DNA of 64,000 nucleotides from Lachnospiraceae bacterium (GTDB lineage Bacteria; Bacillota; Clostridia; Lachnospirales; Lachnospiraceae). The stretch spans positions 22,634-86,633 of the forward strand of contig JBMNRU010000004.1 of assembly GCA_050944855.1 (NCBI GenBank), written 5' to 3'. Both the position numbers and the translations under genes were made by a program. This document shows positions 10,150 to 20,344 of the stretch, piece by piece; position 1 is the first letter of the stretch; each line of letters begins with the position of its first letter. Under the pieces are notes generated by a model, which was not told where the DNA came from, made no database searches, and worked only from the letters and a program-made list of their open reading frames with translations.

Positions 10150-11036
10150 TAAAACACATCCCCACAATTCCATGTATCAGGGATACGCGTCATCACAATA
10201 TCTCCGATCAGTTCCCTTTCAAAATTGTCAAAACACTTATCCGTAACGCCCATATGAACGGCATCCAGAGGCGTAAGTCCTCCGCGGATCAAACGAAGGG
10301 CTCCGATCAAGCCTCTCATGTCCACCGCTTTTGTAGATATTTCGCCATTTTGTGATTTTAACTGTAAATCCAGGAATAAACCGGCAAATTGCTCCAACGC
10401 CTCATCCCGGATATCCGGAAATACATTGAGAAGAATCTGCTGCAGCCGGTCCATCGATAACGGCGGCATATTAATTACCATAAAACGGGACACCAGCGCA
10501 TCGTTCAATTCCTTCGTTCCCGCATATCCATAGTTCATCGTTGCGATAAAACGGCAGGCCGGATGCAGCTGAATCCGCTCATACCCGGGAACATCAATGA
10601 TCCTTCTAAAATCCAGGGCAGCATGAAGCACAGAAACCGCATCACTTTTTGCCATATTGATCTCATCCAGTACACCAAATCCGCCATAAACCGCACACTG
10701 ATAAATAGGACCCTTTCTCAGCTGTACTTCATTATTTACAAAGGTATCTGTTCCAATAAGGCTGCTGCTGTCTGTATTGACATGAAAGGAAATATCATAG
10801 ATAGGTCTTTGGAAAATCCATGCCAGATTCTCAGCCAGCACATTTTTTCCTGTAGCCTTGTCCCCGCACAGCAAAAGATTTTCTCCCTCCAAAAGTGCAG
10901 TCACTGCCTTCTCCAGAATCTCTGTTCCGTAAAACGGCATAGACGGCTCTGTCACCCGGGAAAGAACCCGGTCGTCCAGAGAATAAAATTGTTTAAATTC
11001 CTCAATTCGATGGTTTAGTTTTTCATTTATTTCCAT
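10149..11036 (-). CDS. MoxR/CbbQ-NorQ-type AAA+ ATPase
   Basis: 295 aa. Walker A LLLCGDKATGKN (atypical Asn after Lys), Walker B GVLDEINMA, and a CbbQ/NorQ-like motif order. Confidence 0.8.
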   Translation of the reverse strand: MEINEKLNHRIEEFKQFYSLDDRVLSRVTEPSMPFYGTEILEKAVTALLEGENLLLCGDKATGKNVLAENLAWIFQRPIYDISFHVNTDSSSLIGTDTFVNNEVQLRKGPIYQCAVYGGFGVLDEINMAKSDAVSVLHAALDFRRIIDVPGYERIQLHPACRFIATMNYGYAGTKELNDALVSRFMVINMPPLSMDRLQQILLNVFPDIRDEALEQFAGLFLDLQLKSQNGEISTKAVDMRGLIGALRLIRGGLTPLDAVHMGVTDKCFDNFERELIGDIVMTRIPDTWNCGDVF

Positions 11037-11082
11037 ATGATCACCGCTTCCTGTTTTCTTTCTATTTTGTCCTTTTTTTCAT

Positions 11083-11751
11083 TTATGATCCGGAAAGATC
11101 CCGCTTTGCCCGTTCCAGTCTTTCATAAAACTGCGGATAAAAAGATTCTTCCGACCGATACGGCCTCTGAAAAAAGAGCCGCATCACATACAGATTTACC
11201 AGTTTCATTCGTTCCGGATCCGAATCCTCCTGAAAGTCTTCCTGCAGATTTTTCAAAAAATAATGCCAGTCCAGAATAAACTGTTCATTCTCCTTCAAAT
11301 CCGGCGTATCAATCCACTTTTTTACTTTGATCTTAGAGCGATTTTCCTTCCTGCACTCATGAATTTGCAGGAAATACTTAAATCCATGATCTTCATAAAA
11401 TCGACCCAACGGAAACAGACGGCACATGCCCGGACGCAGCGGATGAATACGGCAGCGCCCCTGCTCATTTAAAAATGCACAGACTTCTTTTTCTCCGATC
11501 ATCTTCAGATTCGGCAGGATCATGCCATCCACTACGTTTAATTCCAGCTCTTTTTCCAACAATTCTTCAAATGTCCGATTAAGGCCGGCAGTCAGCCGAT
11601 AGATATCCAGCGGATCCAGTACAACGGAATTTCCCATACCCTGACAACAATGGGAGCATCCGGCGCAGTCCTGACAATCCGCCTTTACCAGATCATTGGC
11701 CGTATATAATTTCCCGTCAGAAATCTCATTCATATCCACATTTCGCAGCAT
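11083..11751 (-). CDS. YkgJ-family cysteine-cluster protein
   Basis: 222 aa. N-terminal CQDCAGCSHCC (CxxCxxCxxCC) plus later Cys residues, typical of the YkgJ/UPF0153 family. Confidence 0.75.
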   Translation of the reverse strand: MLRNVDMNEISDGKLYTANDLVKADCQDCAGCSHCCQGMGNSVVLDPLDIYRLTAGLNRTFEELLEKELELNVVDGMILPNLKMIGEKEVCAFLNEQGRCRIHPLRPGMCRLFPLGRFYEDHGFKYFLQIHECRKENRSKIKVKKWIDTPDLKENEQFILDWHYFLKNLQEDFQEDSDPERMKLVNLYVMRLFFQRPYRSEESFYPQFYERLERAKRDLSGS

Positions 11752-11955
11752 TTTTTCTCTCCTGTATCTATGTTTGCAATCATGAACCTATTATATCCAA
11801 TTTCACAGGCAATTTCCAGTTTGTCTATGAAAAAGATGACACGTTTTTGAAAAAAGACAAGCATTTTCTTCCACTCCCCCCTATATTTACAAAGCCCGCA
11901 CATTCTGCTATAGTGTTTTTACTTTCAAACTATTTTTAAGGGAAGGATTCTGCGC

Positions 11956-13335
11956 ATGGAAGCGAATGAAATAAAAGAAATTATAAGAAATCAAAAAATT
12001 TATTTTCAATCCGGCATCACTTTGAACGTAAAGCACCGAATGGCCGCATTAGAAGCACTAAAAAATAGTATTCTCCGCCACGAAAAAGAAATCAACGATG
12101 CCCTGAAAAAGGATCTTGGAAAAAGCGCCTCAGAAAGCTATATGAGTGAGATTGGCATGGTATTAAGCGAAATCCGTTACATGTTAAAACATATCCGCTT
12201 ATTTTCAAGGGAAAAGACCGTTCGGACGCCTCTGGCACAATTTCATTCCAGAAGCTATAGAAAACCCTCTCCTTATGGCGTGGTTCTTATCATGAGTCCC
12301 TGGAATTATCCCTTTCTGCTGACGCTGGATCCTCTGGTGGATGCCATCGCTGCGGGAAACACTGCGGTACTAAAGCCCAGCGCATATGCTCCCCATACCG
12401 GGGAAATACTCCAGGCCATTGTATCCGAATGTTTCTGCGAAGAATATGTGGCCGTAATTACCGGCGGCAGGACGGAAAACACCTGTCTTCTTCAGGAATC
12501 CTTTGATTATATCTTCTTCACCGGAAATCCAACGGTAGGAAGAGAAGTCATGCGTTGTGCAGCAGAGCATCTCACACCGGTCACCCTGGAGCTTGGCGGA
12601 AAAAGTCCTTGTATTGTGGAAAAAACTGCCGATCTGAAACTGGCAGCCAAAAGAATTGTGTTTGGAAAATTTTTAAACTGTGGACAGACCTGCGTGGCAC
12701 CGGATTACGTATACTGCGATGCCGCTATCCGGGATCGGCTGGTGGAAGAACTGAAAAAGCAGATTACACACCAATTTGGCTCGCATCCACTGGATAATCC
12801 GGATTATGGAAAAATCATCAATGAAAAACACTTCCGCCGGCTCTGTGGCCTGATGGATCACTCTAAAATGATCTTCGGCGGCAGAACCAATGAAAATGAA
12901 CTGCGCATCGAACCCACCCTTTTTTGTCCTGTAACTTTTGATGACGCTATCATGCAGGAAGAAATCTTCGGACCTCTGCTGCCGATCCTGACCTATGACT
13001 CTTTGGAACAGGCAATAGCCGTCATCAATTCCAGACCGCATCCTCTGGCCCTTTATCTGTTCACCAAAAACAAAGCACTGGCCAAAAAAGTAACTGCCCG
13101 CTGCGGTTTTGGCGGCGGCTGTATCAATGATACCATCATCCATCTGGCCACCAGTGAAATGGGATTCGGCGGTTTTGGCGAGAGCGGCATGGGCTCCTAT
13201 CATGGAAAAGAAGGATTTCGGACATTTTCACACGATAAGAGCATCGTAGACAAGAAAACCTGGCTGGATCTTCCGATGCGGTATCAGCCTTATCAAAGCT
13301 GGCAGCAAAAACTGATCCGCTTATTTCTTCGGTAG
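11956..13335 (+). CDS. NAD(P)-dependent aldehyde dehydrogenase (class 3-like)
   Basis: 459 aa. Catalytic motifs ELGGKSP and FLNCGQTCVAPDY. Confidence 0.9.
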   Translation: MEANEIKEIIRNQKIYFQSGITLNVKHRMAALEALKNSILRHEKEINDALKKDLGKSASESYMSEIGMVLSEIRYMLKHIRLFSREKTVRTPLAQFHSRSYRKPSPYGVVLIMSPWNYPFLLTLDPLVDAIAAGNTAVLKPSAYAPHTGEILQAIVSECFCEEYVAVITGGRTENTCLLQESFDYIFFTGNPTVGREVMRCAAEHLTPVTLELGGKSPCIVEKTADLKLAAKRIVFGKFLNCGQTCVAPDYVYCDAAIRDRLVEELKKQITHQFGSHPLDNPDYGKIINEKHFRRLCGLMDHSKMIFGGRTNENELRIEPTLFCPVTFDDAIMQEEIFGPLLPILTYDSLEQAIAVINSRPHPLALYLFTKNKALAKKVTARCGFGGGCINDTIIHLATSEMGFGGFGESGMGSYHGKEGFRTFSHDKSIVDKKTWLDLPMRYQPYQSWQQKLIRLFLR

Positions 13336-13343
13336 AGATAGAT

Positions 13344-13385
13344 GCAAAAGATCCGCCGGAATACAAACCGGCGGATCCATAAATT
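13344..13385. terminator. Hairpin between the convergent aldehyde dehydrogenase and nrdD genes
   Basis: GATCCGCCGG-aatacaaa-CCGGCGGATC, a 10-bp perfect stem at 13350-13377. An A-run lies upstream, giving a T-run on the minus strand. It fits best as the nrdD terminator. Confidence 0.6.
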
Positions 13386-13407
13386 TGTTACTATTGCTTT
13401 ATGTAAT

Positions 13408-15543
13408 TTACATGGACTTTCTCTCGGCAATTTCTGCCATCTTCGCTGCATTCAAACGGGTATCTCCATGCACACGGCTGTAGGAAAGATAACCGTTCAT
13501 ACGATCAATCTTGGTCAGATTTCTGGAACCGCATACCGGACATACGTCCATTTCTAATTCCTGGTGTCCGCAGTCGTCACAATATGCCAGAGACAGATTG
13601 ACACCCTCATAAAATCCTTTCTCCATGGCTCTGTGGATCAGCGTGCGGATAGCATCCACATTATAACTGATAGGATAACGTACATACTGGATCTTACCGC
13701 CGTTGCACAGTTCCCAGAACCGTCCTTCACAATCCTGTTTTTCAATAGGAGTCATATCTTCTGTTACATGACAATGGAAGCTGTTGCTTACATAAGGTCT
13801 GTCAGATACGCCTTCTACAATACCGTACATTTTACGGAACTGTTCTACCTGGAGACCGCAGAGACTTTCTGCCGGCGTACCGTAAATAGCATATAAGTGG
13901 CCGTCTTCTTCCTTAAACTCATTCACCTTCTTATTAATATAACGCAGTACTTCCAATGCAAATTCCCCGTCTTCCCGGATAGACTTGCCATTATACAGTT
14001 CCTGCAGTTCGTTTAATGCAGTAATGCCAAAGGAAGCGGTCATCGGTTTTAAGATTGGCTTGATCTTATCATGCGGCTGCAGATGGCCGCCGTAGAAACC
14101 GCCTTCACAGTAAGCCAGCGGGTTGGTGGATGCACGCATCTCGCCCAGATAATCATAAGTACGAATATGCAGATTACGGATCATCTCCAGATAAAAATCC
14201 AGCACCTCGTAGAAGTCACGGTTTTCGGCTCTGGACTTAGCCAGAATCATGGGAAGATGCAAACTGACTGCACCAATATTAAAACGTCCTACAAAGACTG
14301 GCTTATCCTCTGCATCTGCCGGATTCATGCCGCCTCGTTCATACCAGGGACTCAGAAATGCACGGCAGCCCATGGGGCTGATGACACGCTTATACTGCTT
14401 ATACATACTTGCAATATAACCCTGCCCGCTTAAAGACAGCCAATCCGGATACATGGTCTTAGCGGAACATGCAACGCCTGCCTCAAATACATCATTGCTG
14501 ATGCCGCCTTCCTCATGAATCTCTTTATCATACAAGAAAACAATCTTAGGGAATAATACCGGCTTCTTATGACCTGCTTTTCCCTGGCCTTCCTTATGTA
14601 CCTCCAAAAGGGAAATCGAACACATCTTTTCAAAGGGTTTGGTACCCAGACCTATGGTCACCGTTACAAACGGATAATCCCCGCGGGAAGAGCCAACGGT
14701 ATTCAGCTTATATTCAATGCCCTGCCAGCCCTGGTCAAACTCTCTTCTTACTTTATCCAGCGCATACTTCTTTGCTCTTTCTTCTCTGCCGGACCAGTTT
14801 TCATCAGCATATTTCAAAAATTCTTCATAATGCTTGTCATAGCTTTTCTGTGCATAGGGTCCTAAAATCTTATCTACCTCAGGCACGGTAAATCCGCCGT
14901 ACTGCTGCGCAGCCGTACTTAAGATAATATCTCCCATCACATCGAAGGCAGTATCCAGCGTCTTAGGTTCGTTATACCAGACATTTCCCATCTCAAATCC
15001 GCCTTTTAAAACAGAAGCCACATCAAAAAGACAGCAGTTCATGGTATCCAGTCTGGCCGACTGATCGTGAATATAGATATAACCATCCTTGCACGCCTGC
15101 AGTTCGTTGCGGTTCATAAAGAACTTACGATACAGTTCTTTATTGAGTTCATTAAAGATCAAACTTCTTTTGGTTGCCACCAGGGCGCTGTCCGTATTGG
15201 CATTGCTCTTATCACCGATATAACGGATTGCCTGACTCTTGGTATACACCTCATCCATCATATGAATAAAATCCAGCTTATAATTCCGATAATCACGATA
15301 ACTTTTAGCAACAGCCGGATTCACCTTTTCCAAAGCACCTTCTACAATATTGTGCATATCCAGAATGGGGATTTCACTCTTTCCCAGGGATTCTGCATGT
15401 TCCGTTGCAAACTGACAGATAAACTCAATTTCTTTTTCAGAAAATGTATATAAAATTCTGCTGGCTGACTTATTTACCGCGCGGACAATCTTCTGTGCAT
15501 CAAATGCCTCTCTTGTTCCGTCCTTTTTAATAATGTAAATCAT
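13408..15543 (-). CDS. nrdD: Anaerobic ribonucleoside-triphosphate reductase (class III)
   Basis: 711 aa. N-terminal ATP-cone (IIKKDGTREAFDAQKIVRAV), C-terminal Zn-Cys cluster (CDDCGH..CPVCGS) and a glycyl-radical tail (RMNGYLSY). Confidence 0.95.
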   Translation of the reverse strand: MIYIIKKDGTREAFDAQKIVRAVNKSASRILYTFSEKEIEFICQFATEHAESLGKSEIPILDMHNIVEGALEKVNPAVAKSYRDYRNYKLDFIHMMDEVYTKSQAIRYIGDKSNANTDSALVATKRSLIFNELNKELYRKFFMNRNELQACKDGYIYIHDQSARLDTMNCCLFDVASVLKGGFEMGNVWYNEPKTLDTAFDVMGDIILSTAAQQYGGFTVPEVDKILGPYAQKSYDKHYEEFLKYADENWSGREERAKKYALDKVRREFDQGWQGIEYKLNTVGSSRGDYPFVTVTIGLGTKPFEKMCSISLLEVHKEGQGKAGHKKPVLFPKIVFLYDKEIHEEGGISNDVFEAGVACSAKTMYPDWLSLSGQGYIASMYKQYKRVISPMGCRAFLSPWYERGGMNPADAEDKPVFVGRFNIGAVSLHLPMILAKSRAENRDFYEVLDFYLEMIRNLHIRTYDYLGEMRASTNPLAYCEGGFYGGHLQPHDKIKPILKPMTASFGITALNELQELYNGKSIREDGEFALEVLRYINKKVNEFKEEDGHLYAIYGTPAESLCGLQVEQFRKMYGIVEGVSDRPYVSNSFHCHVTEDMTPIEKQDCEGRFWELCNGGKIQYVRYPISYNVDAIRTLIHRAMEKGFYEGVNLSLAYCDDCGHQELEMDVCPVCGSRNLTKIDRMNGYLSYSRVHGDTRLNAAKMAEIAERKSM

Positions 15544-15565
15544 ATAACCTCTCCTTACCGATTCG

Positions 15566-15613
15566 GCACAACATCTTGTGTTTCCTCAATCTAAAAACCA
15601 CAATATTTATAAT
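15566..15613 (-). promoter_or_regulatory. Candidate tandem NrdR boxes upstream of nrdD
   Basis: GCACAACATCTTGTGT (15566-15581) matches the 16-bp NrdR palindrome consensus acaCwAtATaTwGtgt at 13/16. A second half-conserved box CCACAATATTTATAAT (15598-15613) lies 32 bp centre-to-centre. A TGnTATACT-type -10 sits near 15629-15637. Confidence 0.4.
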
Positions 15614-15695
15614 TATTTGTAAAACCCAGTATATCACTTCTATCGCCAAAAAGAAAGGGGAATTTTCTCTTTTTACAATTTTTCTCCAGTATCCT

Positions 15696-17042
15696 TTACC
15701 GGGTTACATGATTCAGCCATTTCATGGAACGATAACGCTGCAGACAGAAGGGAATTTTAACAACTTCATCACTCATGATCACAATATAAACCCATGGCAT
15801 GGGAATTTTCAGTACAAAAGCGGCAATCGCTCCCAACAGGATAGAACTGCCCCACATCAGACATACGTCCAGAAATACGCCGTAACGGATATCGCCTCCG
15901 GCACGGCAGACCCCCACGATCATCGTACAGTTAAATGACTGACAAACAGCATAATATGACATGACGATCATCATGACCCAGAGATAACTTTTTGCCGTCT
16001 CCGACAAATTCAGGAAATGTCCGGCTGCCGGAGCAACTCCCAATATGATAAGGCCTCCGACGGCGCCAATGACAACCGACAATTTGAGAAGACGGGCAGC
16101 ATAAATCTTCGTCCGGTCTTCATCGCCCTCTCCAATGGTCTTCCCGATCATAATTGCCGTTGCACTGGACACTCCAAAGCTAACCACCGTCGCCATCTGT
16201 CTTGCCACCTGCGCCACGGAATTGGCGGCTACTGCGGGACTTCCCAGATGTCCGATTATGGCCGCCATTACCGCCATTCCCATACTCCAGGCAAACTCAT
16301 TGAGCATAACCGGAAGGGCATATTTGCAAAAGTCCTGCAGCAGCCATTTTTCTCTCCGGAAAAGATACTTTTTCTGGATCCTCACAACATCATTTTTCTT
16401 TTTCGCATACCAAACTACCAGCAATACTTCCACAAACCGGGCACAAACGGTTCCCAGTGCGGCACCCCTCACGCCCATTGCAGGCCAGCCCAGCAGGCCA
16501 AAAATGAAAATAGCATTTAAAATAATATTAACCGCAAGGGAAATGGCATACACCACCGTGGAGATCACCACTCGCTCCACGCTCCGGATAATATTCAGAT
16601 ATACCACGGTAAAGGCGGACAACACATAGGATAAAGAAATAATCTTCAAATAGCCTACTGCCTCCTCCAGCACAGCCGTTTCATTGGTAAATAATGACAT
16701 GATCTGATACGGTGCGATCCATACCATAATTGTGGCCAAAAATGCCACGCTGATTCCGATCTGAAAGGAAATCCCCAGAACCTTTTCAATGGTTTCGGTA
16801 TCCTGCTTCCCCCAATATTGCGCAGTCAGAACACAGGCCCCCGATGTTAATCCAAACAATACCAGAGATACTACAAAATACACCTGACCTGCCAGAGAAG
16901 AAGCCGATAATGCAATCTCGCCCACTTTGCCCAGCATGATGACGTCGGCAGAAGTCACTCCCACATTGATCAGATTTTGTATTGCCATAGGCAATACCAG
17001 TCCAAAGGTAGTTTTATAAAATTGTTTTTGTTCCTTATTCAT
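15696..17042 (-). CDS. MATE-family efflux transporter
   Basis: 448 aa, 12 predicted TM segments, with a MATE-like N-terminus FYKTTFGLVLPMAIQNLINVGVTSADVIMLG. Confidence 0.9.
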   Translation of the reverse strand: MNKEQKQFYKTTFGLVLPMAIQNLINVGVTSADVIMLGKVGEIALSASSLAGQVYFVVSLVLFGLTSGACVLTAQYWGKQDTETIEKVLGISFQIGISVAFLATIMVWIAPYQIMSLFTNETAVLEEAVGYLKIISLSYVLSAFTVVYLNIIRSVERVVISTVVYAISLAVNIILNAIFIFGLLGWPAMGVRGAALGTVCARFVEVLLVVWYAKKKNDVVRIQKKYLFRREKWLLQDFCKYALPVMLNEFAWSMGMAVMAAIIGHLGSPAVAANSVAQVARQMATVVSFGVSSATAIMIGKTIGEGDEDRTKIYAARLLKLSVVIGAVGGLIILGVAPAAGHFLNLSETAKSYLWVMMIVMSYYAVCQSFNCTMIVGVCRAGGDIRYGVFLDVCLMWGSSILLGAIAAFVLKIPMPWVYIVIMSDEVVKIPFCLQRYRSMKWLNHVTR

Positions 17043-17065
17043 GTCTATCCCTCAAATTCATTTCG

Positions 17066-17103
17066 CGCAGAAAACAGGGAATCTTTTTTCCAAGATCCCC
17101 TGT
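17066..17103 (-). terminator. Intrinsic terminator after gatB
   Basis: On the minus strand, ACAGGGGATCTT-ggaaaa-AAGATTCCCTGT is followed by TTTTCT. Confidence 0.6.
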
Positions 17104-17111
17104 AGTTAAAA

Positions 17112-18542
17112 TTACAATAATTCTTTTAAAATCTGATTTACCATAGCCGGATTTGCTTTGCCTTTCATCGCTTTCATGGTCTGCCCCACCAAAAAGCCAA
17201 TGGCTTTTTCTTTTCCGCTGTGGTAATCCTCCACTGATTTTGGATTCGCTGCAATGACAGCTTCGATGGTGCTTCTCAGTGCACCCTCATCATTTACCGT
17301 CTTTAAACCTTTCTCTTCCACATACTGATCCGGATCAATATCTTCCAGGAAAATTTTCTCAAATACCTCTTTCGCCACCGAACTGTTAATGGTTCCTGCA
17401 TCTGCAAGATCGATCAGCTTTGCCAGGTTTTCCGGAGAAAATGCCAGATCTTCCGGTTCCTGTCCATGCTCTTTTAACAAACGCAGTGTTTCTACCATCA
17501 GCCAGTTAGAAACCTTCTTTGGCTTCTTGCAGATAGCGGTAGTCGCTTCAAAGATATCTGCCATTTTTTTGTTTCCCGTAATGATCTCTGCATCATACTG
17601 AGGAATATCGAATTCTCTCTTATATCGTTCTAACTTTTCTGTTCGAAGCTCCGGCTGACGATCCCGGATTTCCTGCAGCCACTCATCACTGATAATAACA
17701 GGTACCAGGTCAGGATCCGGAAAATAACGATAATCCTGCGCATCCTCTTTGGATCGCATGGCATACGAATATTCTTTATTATCATCCCATCTTCTGGTTT
17801 CCTGAATAACTTCTTTACCTGCTTCCAGCAGATCGATCTGACGATTGGTCTCTGCTTCGATGGCACGGGCAATGGCTCTGAAGGAATTCAGATTTTTCAT
17901 CTCGGTTCTGGTACCGAACTTCTCGGCGCCCACCTCCCGAACGGACAGGTTTACGTCTGCACGCATAGAACCCTCCTGCAGCTTACAGTCAGAAGCGCCC
18001 AGATACTGAATAAGCATTCTTAGCTTTTCAAGGTACGCGATCACTTCTTCCGCACTTCTCATATCCGGCTCGGATACAATCTCAATGAGCGGCACACCAC
18101 TTCGGTTAAAATCTACTAAAGAACAGTCCTCCCACTCATCGTGGATCAGCTTGCCGGCATCCTCTTCCATGTGAATTTCATGGATACCGATCACTTTTCT
18201 GCCACGTTCTGTCTCAATCTCCACGCCACCTTCATAACAGATAGGCAGATACAGCTGAGAAATCTGATAGTTCTGCGGATTATCCGGATAAAAATAATTC
18301 TTTCTGTCAAACTTACAATACTGGTGGATCTTACAATTGGTGGCAAGGCCCACTGCCAGCGCATATTCTACTACCTGTTTATTCAATACCGGAAGAGAAC
18401 CGGGCATACCCGTACACACCGGACAGGTGTGCGTGTTGGGAGCTCCGCCAAATTCTGTGGAGCAAGAACAGAAAATCTTTGTTTTCGTAGCCAGTTCTAC
18501 ATGGACTTCCAGTCCAATGACAGTTTCATACTGTTTACTCAT
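17112..18542 (-). CDS. gatB: Asp/Glu-tRNA amidotransferase subunit B
   Basis: 476 aa. The N-terminus YETVIGLEVHVELATKTKIFC is diagnostic of GatB. Confidence 0.97.
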   Translation of the reverse strand: MSKQYETVIGLEVHVELATKTKIFCSCSTEFGGAPNTHTCPVCTGMPGSLPVLNKQVVEYALAVGLATNCKIHQYCKFDRKNYFYPDNPQNYQISQLYLPICYEGGVEIETERGRKVIGIHEIHMEEDAGKLIHDEWEDCSLVDFNRSGVPLIEIVSEPDMRSAEEVIAYLEKLRMLIQYLGASDCKLQEGSMRADVNLSVREVGAEKFGTRTEMKNLNSFRAIARAIEAETNRQIDLLEAGKEVIQETRRWDDNKEYSYAMRSKEDAQDYRYFPDPDLVPVIISDEWLQEIRDRQPELRTEKLERYKREFDIPQYDAEIITGNKKMADIFEATTAICKKPKKVSNWLMVETLRLLKEHGQEPEDLAFSPENLAKLIDLADAGTINSSVAKEVFEKIFLEDIDPDQYVEEKGLKTVNDEGALRSTIEAVIAANPKSVEDYHSGKEKAIGFLVGQTMKAMKGKANPAMVNQILKELL

Positions 18543-20017
18543 TACTGTGCCCCTCCCTTTGCTGCAATTTCCGGTGACTCATAGCTTCTGCTTTGTTCAT
18601 AAGCATAACCGGCACGGATAATATTTTTCTCTTTAAAACAATCTCCGATCAGCTGCAGACCAATGGGCAGACCCTTAGCATCCCTGCCGCAAGGCACCGT
18701 CATACCGGGCAGACCTGCCAGGTTAACAGAAATTGTATAAATATCACCTAAATACATCTTTAACGGGTCACTCAGGGAAGCTCCCAGCTTAGGTGCTGTA
18801 GACGGAGAGGCCGGACCCAGGATAACATCATATTTTTCAAAGGCTTTATCAAAAGCCTGTTTGATCAGCGCTTTGGTACGCAGCGCTTTCAGATAATATG
18901 CATCGTAATAACCGGAGCTCAGTACGAAAGAGCCCAGCATAATACGACGCTTTACTTCCTCGCCGAAGCCCTCTGAACGACTCTTCTTATACATATTATG
19001 AAGACCTTCATAGTCCTCCGTACGATATCCGTATTTAATGCCGTCAAAACGGGACAGGTTAGAACTTGCCTCAGCAGAAGCGATGACATAATATGCAGGA
19101 ATCGCATATTCTACCAGGCTCAGATCAAATTCTTCTACAATGGCCCCTTTATCCTTTAATACTTCTGCGGCTTTTAAAATGGCATTCTTTACTTCCTCGT
19201 CCAGACCTTCGCCCATATAATCTCTCGGAATACCGATGCGCATACCCTTCACATCATCCACCAGGGCAGAAGCAAAGTCATATTCTCTCTCTATGGAAGT
19301 ACTGTCTTTTAGATCATGAGACGCAATCGTATCCAGAATGACCGCACAGTCCGTGACATCCTTTGCCACCGGTCCGATCTGGTCCAGCGAAGAACCATAG
19401 GCAATCAGACCATAACGGGAAACCGTTCCATACGTAGGTTTGATGCCCGTCACACCGCAAAAAGAACTTGGCTGGCGAATGGATCCGCCTGTATCGGATC
19501 CCAGTGCATAAAAGCACTCATTTGCCGCTACCGCTGCACAGGAACCGCCGGAAGAACCTCCCGGTACGTGCTCTGTATTCCATGGATTTCTGGTCACGCC
19601 GTACGCGGAAGTCTCTGTCGTACTTCCCATAGCAAACTCATCCATATTCGTCTTGCCCAGAACAATAGCTCCTGCCTTTTCCAGATTGATCACTGCCTCC
19701 GCAGTAAAAGTGGGTTTAAAATTATATAAAATCTTAGAACTGCAGGTTGTCAGCATCCCTTCGATGCACATATTATCCTTAATTGCCACGGGCACACCTG
19801 CAAGAGGACCGGTAAGCGTTCCGTTTTGAATCAGCTTCTGTACTTCTTCTGCCCTCTTTAATGCGCCTTCTGCATCCACTGTAACATAACAGTTTAAAGT
19901 TTCATCCAGAGCCTGAATCTGATCCAAAGCTGCCTGTGTCGCTTCCACTGCGGTAACTTCACCTGCTTTGATCTTCTTGCCCAGCTCTGCTGCTGTTAAA
20001 TCTAAAATACTCACCAA
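18542..20017 (-). CDS. gatA: Asp/Glu-tRNA amidotransferase subunit A
   Basis: 491 aa. Amidase signature GGSSGGSCAAVA. Confidence 0.97.
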   Translation of the reverse strand: MVSILDLTAAELGKKIKAGEVTAVEATQAALDQIQALDETLNCYVTVDAEGALKRAEEVQKLIQNGTLTGPLAGVPVAIKDNMCIEGMLTTCSSKILYNFKPTFTAEAVINLEKAGAIVLGKTNMDEFAMGSTTETSAYGVTRNPWNTEHVPGGSSGGSCAAVAANECFYALGSDTGGSIRQPSSFCGVTGIKPTYGTVSRYGLIAYGSSLDQIGPVAKDVTDCAVILDTIASHDLKDSTSIEREYDFASALVDDVKGMRIGIPRDYMGEGLDEEVKNAILKAAEVLKDKGAIVEEFDLSLVEYAIPAYYVIASAEASSNLSRFDGIKYGYRTEDYEGLHNMYKKSRSEGFGEEVKRRIMLGSFVLSSGYYDAYYLKALRTKALIKQAFDKAFEKYDVILGPASPSTAPKLGASLSDPLKMYLGDIYTISVNLAGLPGMTVPCGRDAKGLPIGLQLIGDCFKEKNIIRAGYAYEQSRSYESPEIAAKGGAQ

Positions 20018-20026
20018 TGCTTCCTC

Positions 20027-20320
20027 CTACTCTACTGTCTTCGGCACTTTAAAAGAGCCGTCCTTCTCTTCCGGTGCATTCGCCAGAATATTCTCTCTGT
20101 CATCGCCGTTGACCACCACATCTTCACGGAACACATTATGTACCGGAAATACATGGGACATTGGCTCCACACTGCTGGTATCCAATTCATTTAATTTATC
20201 AATATAATCCAGCATACGCCCCATGTCCTTTTTAGCTGCTTCCTTTTCTTCCTGGGACAATTCCAGCTTTGCCAAAATACCTACATACTCGATTGTTTCA
20301 TCACTAATGATATTTGCCAT
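20027..20320 (-). CDS. gatC: Asp/Glu-tRNA amidotransferase subunit C
   Basis: 97 aa. It matches the GatC pattern and sits in gatC-gatA-gatB order. Confidence 0.95.
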   Translation of the reverse strand: MANIISDETIEYVGILAKLELSQEEKEAAKKDMGRMLDYIDKLNELDTSSVEPMSHVFPVHNVFREDVVVNGDDRENILANAPEEKDGSFKVPKTVE

Positions 20321-20344
20321 ATTCTGCTCCTTTTTCTATTCGGT

